Origin: Bispira polyomma
Lineage: Eukaryota
Direction: 5' to 3'
Length of the DNA: 64,000 nucleotides
NCBI GenBank assembly: GCA_965649765.1
Contig: OZ287748.1
Span: forward strand, 55,738,001 to 55,802,000
Shown here: positions 26,303-39,200 of the stretch, one piece after another
Layout of the letters: each line of letters begins with the position of its first letter
Numbering within the stretch: position 1 is the stretch's first letter
Notes under the pieces: generated by a model
What the model saw: only the letters and a program-made list of their open reading frames with translations
Database searches by the model: none
What the model was told of the DNA's origin: nothing
Made by a program: the position numbers and the translations under genes

Positions 26303-26637
26303 TAATAATAATTATTCATTTCATATAGCGCACTGTCAACATCACTGTTATCTAATGCGCTTATGACATTATTACCCCAGCCTAGGTTCTTCAACTTGGT
26401 CAACATTTGTACAGTCTCAGCTCCTCAGGGAGCATACGAGCCGTGCTGCAACATACAGCGCTCAGACTAACACCCATTAGCGGCCAGGTACCCATTAATA
26501 CACCTGGGTAGAGAGGGACAACTATATGTAAAGCACCTTGTCCAAGTGTACAATCTCCAAGCCTGCAGCGAGGATCAAACCTGGGCTCTGAAGATTCCTG
26601 AGATCCAAAGTCTGACGCTCTAACCACTAGGCCACAG
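26303..26637 (-). mobile_element. Full-length CORE-like tRNA SINE with L2-type tail
   Basis: Minus strand: A-box gtggcctagtggttagagcg, B-box ggtttgatcc, core cttggacaaggtgcttt..ctctacccaggtgtattaatgggtacc, tail taagcgc..gcgctatatgaaat(aat/tta)n. Confidence 0.9.
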
Positions 26638-28735
26638 AGACTTTGAGTTCTCCTACAGAGATGATTTAGTGCCTAAAGGACTTAGTAGATTAGATTTTAT
26701 GTCTTATTACTTCTACCCCATTTCCACATATATACAGCATTGGACTATATTAGACATTGTCACTGACTATGATTGACAAAACATATGTAATTTCATCTGT
26801 GTAAATCTATTTCTAAAGGCTCCAAAAACATTTATAAACCTGATGAACCATTTCTTTGTGAAAAGGGTGAGTCATGATATTTGGGTATATTTTTTATCTA
26901 AGATTAGCTTATCTAACACATTTTTAATTGATTATATGAGGAAGTTAACACAGCTCCATACAGAACTAGATCAAGCCATCTCAAGATATTTGCACTAAAT
27001 GTCTTCCCTAAAATAGCGCAAGCGCAATCTTAAAATTTTCCAAAATTGTGAATTGGGGCCTAATATATATACACTGCAAACCAGTGTGGAACTGTTTTTT
27101 CTGAAGGTTAAAGCAGAGAAATACCAATCTCAGATTTATAATAATAATACCAGTTTTTTTTGTTTCTAGCCATATTCCAATGATGTATCATAGATGACTG
27201 TATCATGATGTATCATAGATGACTGTATCATAGTTGACTGTATCATAGTTTTGTCAGAGACAGTGGTGGTCTAGTGGTAAGAAGTGTCTGCTTTAATATC
27301 ACTAACCCCATATGGTCCCGGTTGGAATCTCTGTACAATATGACCACAGAAGTGTAAAATAATTAAACACGTAAATTTTAAAATTACATTATCAGTTTCA
27401 GTGACAAAAATAGCCAAAAATTAAAGTTTCAGTCATTTATTACTTTAGGCATTGTAAATTAGCGAAAAAGTTCAATTTAGCTCAAAAGTCCACTTGTAAA
27501 CAGTCTAATATTAATATCCATTGAAGCTCCCCCCACCCACCTTAAAAAGTGTAAAACAAAAATTAAATAAATATTTAAATTACTTAACATGATCTCAGGG
27601 TGAGAGTATAGGTTCGAAATAATCACAAAAGTTTCACTAATAAAAATACCATTGACTATTGCATTTCATAGAAATAATGTTTAAAAAGGCTGGGATTTTG
27701 TTACCCTTCACATCAAGCTTATAAAATGACTGCTGACAATTTCATAAAGTTCCAACGTTCCCCAAAAGAAGACTACCATTAAGTTAAGATAGTTAATTTG
27801 ACTAAAATATAGTCATTACCTTAGTCCTTCCATCTCTCCCTTGTGCCCTTATGTATTTAGAGTTTAAAATCAAAGTTTAAAATAGAATATTTCAACAATA
27901 TAAATGCTCCAAGGCATAGTGTTGTGTAGAAAGTTAGTTTAATGAGAACAAATATACAAGTCATACACCAAACTTTTCACCTTTTCCCACCTATATTTCC
28001 TCTGTTATATTATATTTAAAGTGATCATAATTTACACACAATCCTCCACCACCACCAACTCAAGTTGATTCTTCCCTCCATCTGATAGGTAAATTGTTAT
28101 TAATTGATGTTAAATAGAATGATAAATATCAGTGTATTTTCTCTTTTCAATTTGTATGTCACGAACCCAAATCATCCATCATAAAGAGCTGCTCTGAAAG
28201 TCCATAGACGAGGTATTTTTTCTTCCATCTTTGGTTTTACTTCTAATTACAAAAGGTTGAACCCTAAAATAATACTATGAGAAACACTATAGACTTAGAG
28301 CAACCTTAATCTCACAATAGTAGATGATGTGTATCTTTTAAGTAAAATTAAATATAATAAATTATATTAATATAAATATATATGCCATATTTGTGGTACT
28401 GCTAGAATTAATCAGGAATTATTCTGAAAAATTTGGGAGAAAATACAATACACACTTGGATTTCCATGCAAGTAAGTTAAATCTTGAGTAATTCCTAGTG
28501 TGAATTCAGTCTTAGATTTACAATAGAAATTTGGTACTACACAATATGATACCTCACTTCATATATATTATTTCATGAAGTTCTAAACCCTTCTTTTAAG
28601 GTTACCTTATTTTGTTTTTTCTTTTTCTAGTCAAGCACATTAAATACTATTTTCTGATGAATTTCATTTTACATGACAGTAAAGACTTTCTCTCTATATA
28701 TAAATGTTTCGAGGTATAAAATCTCCCCCCCCCTC

Positions 28736-28766
<31 letters not shown>

Positions 28767-29269
28767 AAAATAGTAATAAATAAAATAAAATTGAATTTAT
28801 CAATATTTAAGTTTGAGATCTATTTGTGGTGTATGTGTGGGTATGTTGTGTTTGAACTTCGACCCCTGAGCTTGATATAGCAAATGACATGTTCAGCCTA
28901 TGTAACTGGAGCTCTAGAAGAGAATACAGCTAGCTCGCAGGTGTGCCTTGGTTAGAGTTACAAATTAGAGGCTTCTTAATAATATTATCAGATAAATCAC
29001 ACACCCAACAAAACCACATTGGCATTTGCAGGTATTAAACCCCCTTCCTTCAATGCAATGAAGTGTATGTGGGTTTTTTTCAGTGGAGGAAGGAGGGAAA
29101 TGTAACATGTATGTATATATATAAGTAATGAGTTTCTAAGTTGGAGAGGAGTAACCCCTATGTAGTGATTAATGGTATACAAAGGATGGTAGTAGGGGTT
29201 TGGGTACAGGATACAGTGTGTGTGTGTGTGGGGGGGGGTTAGTGTTATGGGGGGGGGGCAGTAACGTTA

Positions 29270-29400
29270 GGAGAGTGGCTAAGGACTGAATCCATATCTG
29301 CAGTTGTGGGTTCTAAGCTTGGGTCTGACAGGTATGTGGGGAAGTTGGCAGTAGATTTGCTGAAGGCTGATGGTTTACAGAGAAGAAAACCTTAACCAAG
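29270..29400 (+). mobile_element. V-domain-like SINE 5' fragment
   Basis: gagtggctaag, ggttctaag, gtggggaagttggcagtagatttgctgaaggctgatggttt. Confidence 0.55.
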
Positions 29401-29599
29401 TACCCGGTTTGGATTTCCTCAACCAGGGAACTGTACCTTGTGAAAGCGATGAGAAAATCTAAACTAAATATTTGTATCCTGTATTCAAATTTATACACGG
29501 CTCATTTAACTTTTATCTGGTGTTCAAAGTGCTAGTTAAACTTGTCTTGACTGGCCAGGTGCAACACACTAGATCCAATGATAACATCATTTCCCCCTA

Positions 29600-30270
29600 A
29601 CTAAAGAAGGATGTTTGAGGATGGCCATTTAACCAACGTCCTCCAGGTACTTTAGCCTGTTACTGGGGATAGGACCCAATGACATAGGACCACTATATTA
29701 TGTGATCTTCTGAGCTGTGTATCTGCCTGTGATCTCTGTGGCCTTGTGGTTAGAGTTTCAGACTTTGGATCTGAGTGATATGAGCGCCCCGGTTTGATCC
29801 ACGATGCAAGCCTGGAGATTGTACACTTGAACAAGGTACTTTACACAAAAGTTGTCCCTCTCCACCTAGGTGTGTAAATGGGTACCTGGCCGCTAATGGC
29901 TGTTAGTCTTTGTGCACCATATGAGGCAGTCCCGCTAGTATGCTTCCTAAGGGAGCTGAGACTGAACAATTGGTTGACTAGTGGAACAACCCAGGCTGGG
30001 GGTGTAAACTGTAAAAGTGGGCTGAGACCTCAATAGAGGTGATATCAGATTATAAACCTACACACATTTACATTTACACACATGATGTGAGTACTAGAGG
30101 AGAGACAAGTTTATCAAAATAGGAAATGTGGAACAACCCAGGCTGGGGTGTTAGCTGTACATACAACTGAACAGAGGTGATATCAGACTATAAACCTACA
30201 CACATTTACATGCATCTAGGAGTCCCAGGCTGGAATCGAACACATGTGTCACCTATTAGGCCACAGGGGC
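29600..30270 (-). mobile_element. Nin/Deu-domain-like SINE split by a nested insertion
   Basis: 29620-29735 is the reverse complement of 33225-33310 (acaggcagatac..ggtcct.tgtcattgggtcctatccccagt.acaggctaaag). A matching tRNA head (ttcgattccagcctggg, gtggcctaataggt) is at 30220-30270. Confidence 0.6.
29737..30212 (+). mobile_element. CORE-like tRNA SINE (same family as 26303-26637) with duplicated 3' tail
   Basis: gtggccttgtggttagag, ggtttgatcc, ctctccacctaggtgtgtaaatgggtacctggccgctaatgg. The tail (gtggaacaacccaggctgggg..agaggtgatatcaga..cacatttacat) is repeated at 30128-30212. Confidence 0.85.
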
Positions 30271-31541
30271 TATATAACAGATATAAAAGTATGAATTTAC
30301 TTGATCCAGAATGGAAAAAACTAATGTCCAATGTATGTGGTTTATCTTAATTTATTTGTGTTGTTATTTCTTGTACAGATTAGAAACTCGTGTGTTTTAT
30401 GTAAATATCAAGTGTAGCATTTTGATAGTTTTCTATGCTGTTTTGTCTCTTTGAAGAAACAACAGCAGTCAGAAACGACATAATCCTTGCTCTTTGACCA
30501 ATGTTCTTTTCTTGCTGTGATGAAACAAACATTTTATGTCAGTTTCTGGAAATGTCATTTGTCATACTTATTGAGTGACATCTTAGGGCTGGAGGAAGTT
30601 TAATCCAGACAGTGAAGCTACATTGAAGAAATAAAAAGCTATTTTCTAAACAATAGTTAATTTCATATTGAAAACCCACAATATTTTATACTCGTCAAGT
30701 TTTTTCTGTTATAATGTTAAATATACACACACAAAAAACACACCCACACAAACATGTTATCCATAAGCATATACTTCGCCCAGGTAAGGATGCGATAATT
30801 ATTGTTTATTGTAATAGTGACATAAATTACCCAGATGTTTGTTTTTTTCAAATATCAGACATGTGATTCTGAATATGTCATCTGCATACAAAAATGATAT
30901 TGACACATAAAGGTAATATTACTTACAACACTCAACAAAAATTTGGGGGCATATCTAACATTTTTAGCAACACTGTATGCATTTTAAATACTGAACTAGA
31001 TTTATTAGAATGACAGATCACAGCAACCTTATTTAGTGACGAAATGGTACATTTACAGTTGAATATGTAGGATTTATTTTGATCTTCTTTTCCATGATTT
31101 AGAATGACAATCCAGAGCCAAAGTGCTTCATTGGAGATTCAGGTCATCGCTAGATTCCTAATGCTCAGACAAATGATTCAAGAAAAAATAAACAGGTTTG
31201 TCACTATACAATTTTTAGGAAGCACCATCACCTGAAAACTCTTTAGATGTGCTCGGTATTCAGATGACACTGTAAAGAATGCCTAAAGAAATACTTAGAT
31301 TTCATATCATTGTTTTCCGTTATATACGTCACCACTTTCAAAGCTGCTGTGCCTCAACAGGCCTCCTCCTACCTTGCTACTCACATTTTCTTCAGTAACC
31401 TTAAGCGGGCAGAGATTTTCTGTTTCTTTGGAACAACCTAGCAGAAGGGCTGACTCTAGAGCTTTTTCATTTGCTACCCTATGTTATGGATTCGTCCCTC
31501 TGTTGAGCTTAGATCACTAGACACACATTCTTGCTTCCGAA

Positions 31542-31804
31542 CTTTTTTTTTTTTTTTTTTAATTGGGATATTTAACGTCCACTCTAGTACCTGTTTAGGT
31601 TATATTGGGACGGGTAGTTGGAAACGCTGGAGGAAACACTGCATACAGTTGATCATGGTTCTGCACTGAAACCAGCAGCCCACAGTAAGGAACTACCACC
31701 TTTCCCACACAGGCATCGACGGGATTCGAACTCACGCCGCCCAGAGGTTAGAGACCAGTGATTGTGAAGCACATTGCTTGCTAACCACTAGGCCACCGCG
31801 GCCC
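31542..31804 (-). mobile_element. Well-preserved V-domain-like tRNA SINE with poly(A) tail and TSD
   Basis: A-box ggtggcctagtggttag, B-box gagttcgaatccc, gtgggaaaggtggtagtt, tttcctcca, tail agtggacgttaaa then A18. Flanking direct repeat cattcttgcttccgaa (31526-31541) and cattctggcttcagaa (31804-31819). Confidence 0.9.
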
Positions 31805-33141
31805 ATTCTGGCTTCAGAAAAAAATGTAAAACCTATCTCTCTTTTAACTCACTTAACCCTCTTAATTCCCTCCGTGTACACATACCACATCCTTCCTTAT
31901 AAACAACGCTGGGTTCTTTTTTACTTCTCTATTGTTTGCTTTTCGTTTTAAAAGATGCCTCACATCCATTATGCATGTTAAAATTGCAAAATAATAATCA
32001 ATACATTCAAAAATATTTTGTCGGTTTAAGATAAAATTCACAATAATATGTTATGGTTCAAACCTCTTAATAAGACTCTGATTTACTCCAGCTAAGAAAG
32101 GTTGATATATATATATAAATTGTAACAGTGAGCTAGTTTTCTCATATTTAAAAAAAAGAAAAAGAAACCAGTACTACTAATTACAGTAATTGTTTTACTC
32201 TTCTTCTTGGGGCAACCCCCTCTAATCAATTTGGTCCTCATTAAAAACAGCTCTATATTCGGCAAATGTTCAAAGTTAATGTGAATTAAATGACACCATA
32301 TTTCTGCTAAGTTTCCCTTCATATCCTTAGATTTTGCTCAGTATTGGTAATGATTAATGATTAAATTACCTATTTTCCCCTCTCTTTCTCTCGCCTAAAA
32401 AAAGCCCTGTGCTTGGCTCTGATTTAATTAGCACCTTCCTTCTATTCATTGTATTTTCATTTTCCTCCCTATTTATCCGCGTGGTTTCCGCACTTTGTCA
32501 GACGCCCGAGGGATTGGGGGAAGAAATCAAAGATCCATTCAGAAATTAAACACACAGACACTGATCACGATGTGTATTAATTATGGGTTTGATATGATCG
32601 ATTCTTAAGTGAAAGGAAATCGACTTCTGGTTTTCTCAAACAGACCAAAAAAAACCCAAAAAAACCACACACTTTATACATTTTAAGATCCCTTAAACTG
32701 ATCGTGTATTTAATACACAACTTTATCAATTAAAAATTCATAATAGAACAACTTGTATGGATGGTATACGTGTATCAAAATGTCTCTTTTAAACAAATTA
32801 TTTACTCTTTAAAACGGTGATGAAATATATGTATGTAAATGATTAAAATGTAGATTTGTGACAAAACTTTGGACAATAAAATCTTCGAATAACACACCCC
32901 CTTGGGGAATCTGTTTTTGGGGGTGATAAACGTCTTAATACAGAGCAAGCCATCAATGTAAAATGCATGACCACATTTAAATGTTGTTAGCCTTGCTGAA
33001 GGCTTAAGTTTATCAGCTAGTCTCATTTTTGTTTTAGAATCAATTTAAATATGCACACATTTAACTTATCACATAGTGACCTTATCACAAACTACTTTTA
33101 ACAAGATGATATTTCCTGACCAGATATATATGCTATTGTTT

Positions 33142-33690
33142 AGCTACGAACGTAGCCTAGTGGGAAAAACACTCGCCCAAAAATGCAGAGGACCTAGGTT
33201 TGATTCTAGGTTGTAGCGACAAGATACAGGCAGATACATAGTGTCTCAGGTGGTCACTTAAAATGGCGGTCCTCTGTCATTGGGTCCTATCCCCAGTGAC
33301 AGGCTAAAGAAGCTTGGGTCATCCCTAAGCCTCGCTTTTCAGACATCTGCTCCTGTTGTGTACTGAGTAATACACTGACTCAGGAATGCATACGCCCTGG
33401 GTTTGATCCCAGCCTCTGGTTCTAAGATATAAGCAGGCACATTAGCAGACTTTGATGACCATTTAAAACAACAGTTTTCTTTCATTGACCACTCTCCATA
33501 TTCAGTCATGGTATGTATATGTGGGAAAGTTGGCAGTATATTCACTGACGGATTAGCAGTGTAGGACACCTTTACCAATTGACCTACACTTCACACACCT
33601 CAGATTCTACATTATAAACCAGTGACCATCAGCAAGTAAGTGCCAGGTTTTGCACTTAAAGCCCCAGCCGAGATTTGAACCGGGTGGGAA
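33142..33690. mobile_element. Cluster of three or more SINE fragments (Nin-like +, composite +, V-like -)
   Basis: Heads cgtagcctagtggg/ggtttgattc (33150-33210) and ggtttgatccc (33400); body gtgggaaagttggcag (33521); minus-strand fragment cagcaagtaagtgcca..gatttgaacc (33630-33682). Confidence 0.7.
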
Positions 33691-35702
33691 ACGATTATAT
33701 GCACTTGTTGAACCTTTTATTGGAATGTTGAATAAATGGTCCCCATGCCTATGTCTTTGGCTATCGGAATATCAGTCAATGACACCAGTTAATTACAGTA
33801 AAAAAGGGTTAATTATTGTCTTGAATCCCAGATAGCCGGTATATACTGGGTTGGGTATGCATTTAAATGTAAAATATGCAATCTAGTTGTTCTTATATAA
33901 AAAAAATGGGGCATCTTAGGCAAGGCTAATAGTGATGTATACCACAAGATACTGAAAAAAGCAACCAATTGAAGGGGGTGGGGGAGAGGAGGGGGTCACA
34001 GGGCAGATGTCTTTGGAATGGTGGAATGGTATAGCTTTGCCACAACCCACGCCCCCGTTTTTTACACACCTAAGGGGCAGGACGAGGTGGGGGTGACCGT
34101 CAGATCTCGTCTTCCTGAACCAAGTGGCGGGAATCCCGCGGAGAAAATAAGCTAGGATCTCTTCTTTGGGTGACAGTGATTCATGTGGGAAGCGGCGAAA
34201 ACAAACTTGGTCATTGTACGAAGGGCGGTTCTCAATGGGAAGGTGACTCTGTGAAAGTGATCGCCTGGCCCTTTTTAACTCACGGCTGCGTTAGTTTGAG
34301 TTTTGAAGAAGAAGAAGAAAAAAAAAAAAAAAAAATCTCAAGAGTTTTAAGAAAAAAAATCTAAACTTAAAAATCAAAATATATTAGACGTTGATTTTCT
34401 TTTTTTAAAAAAACAAAACAGATACATGATATGGTTGGTAACATATTTTGGCTAAATATTGGGAAAATCAAAGATACTATTGCATTGGGGATCAGATGAA
34501 CCAGGACAGATAAGATTCTAATTGTCATGTTTAAATTTAAGGTCAAGTTCAGTGTATTTTAGAAGAATTGTACACACTTTTTTTCCTCTCCCGCTGAGCA
34601 CAATTTAGGGGCTATAAGGACGTGTACGACAACAAAGCCATAGTGATACAAAGACAAACAGTACAAAAAACACCCGGGGAAATTATACACCTCTGTATAA
34701 TAGTATCTACTTCAGCGTAACATATAGCTGACTGATATCTTAAGTTCACCTTGTGGGCATTCAAATAGGTTTGTTTGAGAGATTCAGTTTTTCATAAGAG
34801 AAATAATTTTTCTATTTGACATTTTCACAAGAGATAAATAGACATGTATCACAGTCAATTGCCGTAGAAATATGGCCCCAAAATTTAAATTATTTATCAG
34901 ATGAAAAGCAACTAGCATATTGTCTCTTTTATACTATTTTTAGGTTTTAATGAAATCAGTTGGAACCTTAGTTGTAGATTAATAAATGAATAGCCTAAAA
35001 GTATGTGTTGGAAACTTTTAGAAAAGAATACTTGCAAGAAGGGAGCATTGCGATACCAGTCGATAGGATAGATTTTTAACGTGCCCAATTGATGCCAGGC
35101 ATTTTCTAAAGCGCAACATCACCGACAAAATTGTTAAAATCGGCTCCTGGACTACGAATATTTCATATAGAATTTTATATATATAAAACAACAACAAGTC
35201 ATAGAGAAACCTGCTTTAAATCATTTATCTCCCAATGTTTTTATGTGTGAACTCTCATGTATCACAATATCATGACATATTGTAATTTTGAATGGGGCTC
35301 TCCTCCCCCACTTTCTTCCCCCCCCCCCCCAAAAAAAAAAAAAAAAAAAAAAAAACATACGAAAAATTGATTATGACTTTTTGATATTTATTTATATTTC
35401 TAAGGTTCGTTAAAAAAAACCCACCGGTTTAATGGTCGCCCGATTCATCTTTATTATACGTGTCGTTTATATAGCCCCGTTTAGTGTTTCAAATAAATTC
35501 ACCGTGCACACGTGAATTGAAAAGACACCAATTACCAAAGCCATATATTTCTGAGAGGTAGTTCAGAGAGGTGTAATATACTTCACACACAGGTAGCTGG
35601 CTTTTTAAATCATGTAACTGTACACTTCGCCTCCTTTTAGACGATAATGTTATATATGGAGATCTTAATTCACTACGACAAATTTATGTTTTTGTGTGAG
35701 GA

Positions 35703-35845
35703 NNNNNNNNNNNNNNNNNNNNNNNNNNNNNNNNNNNNNNNNNNNNNNNNNNNNNNNNNNNNNNNNNNNNNNNNNNNNNNNNNNNNNNNNNNNNNNNNNN
35801 NNNNNNNNNNNNNNNNNNNNNNNNNNNNNNNNNNNNNNNNNNNNN
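35703..35845. other. Assembly gap (143 N)
   Basis: Run of N. Confidence 1.
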
Positions 35846-36047
35846 GGTATTATTAAAGCTGTGAGAGTCATATACTGGTAGGTTTAGGTTTGTATATCTT
35901 AGATGACAGTGACATGAAGACAAATAAATGAACAACATATCAATAATACAGTGGATTCTGCAAGTATGTGATGGTTTATTCAAATAGATGGTATGTAATT
36001 TAGTTTTTTGTCCAAGAATTTCAATTGTGCAAGAAAAATCACATGTT

Positions 36048-36232
36048 AGCTAGAACACCTGTAGCTAGAGCATACCCGTCAAGGTGTCAAAAGGTTAAAA
36101 ACATCTGGATCTGCTTTTATCCGGATTGGCTCATGCTTAACATTACTCAACCAAATTTCATGCAAATCAGTTTAGTAGTTTTTTTTGTTATCCCGGTCAC
36201 AAACCAATGGAACTGGGCAAAAACATAATAGA
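36048..36232 (-). mobile_element. Helentron/DINE-like non-autonomous element remnant
   Basis: ctagaacac..gcatacccgtcaagg..tctggatc..accaaatttcatgcaaatcagtttagtagttttt..aaaacataat. Same layout as the 41752, 45800 and 52060 copies. Confidence 0.5.
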
Positions 36233-39200
36233 TGTGGTCAGTATAGTAATGACATAATAAATAATAATGCTATCAAATGCTTGTTTTAGGTCTAACAAAA
36301 CTTTAAAATGTTCATAAAATATCTGTCACCAATAATATCACACCATAAAAAGGGGTAAGCTGGAACACTTTAGTGACTTAAAATAACTTGTTATTCGGAT
36401 GTTGCTCCAATGTTGATCAGTTTAAAGAAAAAATTAAGAAAACACAATATGTCACCTTTAGTTACAGGACTGTATAGATGGTCAAAACCTCTTTAACAAA
36501 TCATAACAAAAATTACTCTCATATCATGTGTACCACCTTTAATTACAACATTCGTCATATATTTTAAAGTCAAAAATATGTTGTATATATTCTTAATTTG
36601 TGCCAAACTATTAACTGTCTTATAAGAATATAAGAATTAAGAAAACAGAACAGAAAATTTGATGAATATCTCTGTGTCAAATGACTGTATTGTAAGCAAT
36701 ATACATGTACCTAGACTTTATGCACTAATCAGGCTTATTTCTATTCTCTCCTATAAGAACAATGCAACTGTTAATGCTCGGATAATTAATAGGCAACATT
36801 TTTGGCAAGTTTTTGTGTCAGTAATAACAACTTGGCTGTGTTTGTGCATATTCTGCCTCAGAGCAAAGTAAAATAGGCTGGATAAGGATGTTCGTTATTA
36901 GACAAATTTGCATTATATGGAATATTAAGTAAAAACTCCAATACACACATTATAAATCTATACCTAAAAGGTTATACAAATTAGGACTTGTTACTATGGC
37001 CATTAATACCATTACATATAAATTTGCAGGTATTATATTTAGTTTATACCCCACATTTTGTTTCCAAACTTAGAAATGACTTGGTGGCAGAAAATCAAAT
37101 TATGTAACTGCAATCACAGCTGTTCTCAGCTGGTTTTATGAGAAATAAAGTCATATCCTCATTTATTTTTAAAAGTAATTTATTCCCCTAAAACTAGATA
37201 CTGAAAATTAGTAAATATAGAAGTATTTAACCACAAAGGCTTAATACTCTACCCAATCTAACATTAAGGTAACCAGAATTAATCATTTACATTTTGGATT
37301 TAAATCCTAATCCATTATATTTGTATCTAGACCAAAATAGCTGATATAAGACGAAACATGTATTACATAATGTATCACAAATGATGGATGTTCTTTGGCA
37401 ATGCTCTAATGTTAGTGTTTGATATCTGATCTCTTGGCTAGAATACAGTTTTCTTATAACAGTATTGTGATCACTTGTGATCAGCATGATAAAAATATAG
37501 ATGTTATATGTATCTTCTTATGTCTAAATATATTTTACACTTGCTTAGTGTAAAAATAACCACAGTTCCTTTGATTTAGAAAATAGCCATGTTGAAATAC
37601 CAAAACCAATTTGTCTTGCAAATCACAAGTAATAAAGTGTCGGCAGCATACTGGTATATCTACACAAACAAGTAGGTCAATATAGGTTAAATACTAACAA
37701 TCTCTAGCTTTATGGCAACAGATTTAAACTTTTAAAAATCATTTCAAACTAGATAAATAATTATAATCTATGGCCTGTACATGAGATAATGTTCTGCATG
37801 CCAGTAGATCTGAATGGTATACACTATTGTGTGGAGGTATACTGGTTGTCCAGCTGAACCAATACTAAGGTCACCCAATAATGAGTACTTGTCAGACCTA
37901 AACAAACCTCATGGTCTTAACCCCTAATGTGTCAACTCAGACATTATTTATTGCCAGAGAAAGAGTAACAGAGAAATTGAACCATCCCAGACCCCCACAG
38001 GTGAAACAGTAGGAGACTTACTGATGGACATTGGTGGAGGTCAAGTTTATACTTAAACTCAGGTGAATAACTCATGACAAATAGAACTAAAATGTATCCT
38101 TACATTAACAGAAATACAATAATTATAGTCAATAAATTTTGTAGTATTATATTAAATCTTTGTGTTTTTTTCCTTCCAATTGACAAAAAATTTATCTTGA
38201 TTAGAAATACATATTATACTGTGCAGTTTAAGCCTAAAATTTCAACATGCATAATCTCCCGACAAAAAAAAAAAAGGTAGGCCCAACCTGGTTCTCCCCA
38301 AAAACTTTCGTGAAAGTTATAAATAAATGCCACCACCCCACCAATTCCGCCGACCTGCCCTCCCAATTACTTTTGATTTCTTGCCCTTTGTAGCCGATTA
38401 TCGCCCACTGGCCTGTGACAAATTAATGGTGCATTTAAGTGGTGAGATGACAAGGCGAGGGGTCCTGTACTGTTGTGGGGGCCCCTGTCACAATGGTCAA
38501 CCCAGCTTGTAATTGCAGCCTTCCTCATTCCATGCATCATTAATCATCATTACAAGTAGAAAAGGGAAGAAAAAAACTCCTCTGTAGTTTTTCTCTCTCA
38601 CCTATTTCTCAATTGTACATAGAAAGAAAAAACAGGTCTTTACCGAAAAAAATAGAGTTTAAAAAAAATAACCTCAGAGTTAACATTCTGCAAAAAGTAA
38701 CATCTCTACCAATAGAAATTTGCTTGCATACTTGAATTCTCTATTGAAAGTACTGTTAAAATAAATGGTAATATCCTGTAGAGATTAGTTTTAGAATCAT
38801 AATAAATATTGACCAGATAAACTTTTTTGAGGTTGACTTTGAGGCTGGTGATAATTCTCTAAAAGATGATTTTTGGATCACTCTGTTAGAAACTACCATT
38901 AAAAAAGTCCACAATACAGCAGTGAGCAGGTGTAGATGTCTATCTAAATTAATTCAAACTGTTACAATATTAATGTCCTAATCAATTCCTACCTGCCATG
39001 TGGATTTCTTGTTAAAAAGTGGAAAGCTGTCATATTTATATCAATTTTTAATTCTAACAGATTTTTGTCATAAAATTTTAATTTATTGTTCAAAACTACA
39101 ATATTTTATATGATAATTATATATAATTTTGCCTTTTATATCATATTTATCACTTTTAAGTGATGTCAGGTGAAATGGAATAGTGGGTTAAATGGTAGTT

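Noticed and set aside
26560-26637. tRNA-like sequences here and at 29737, 31720 and 33150
   Set aside because: They are SINE heads continuing into SINE bodies and tails, with no complete cloverleaf.
35647-35983. ORFs containing long X runs
   Set aside because: Artefacts of the N gap.
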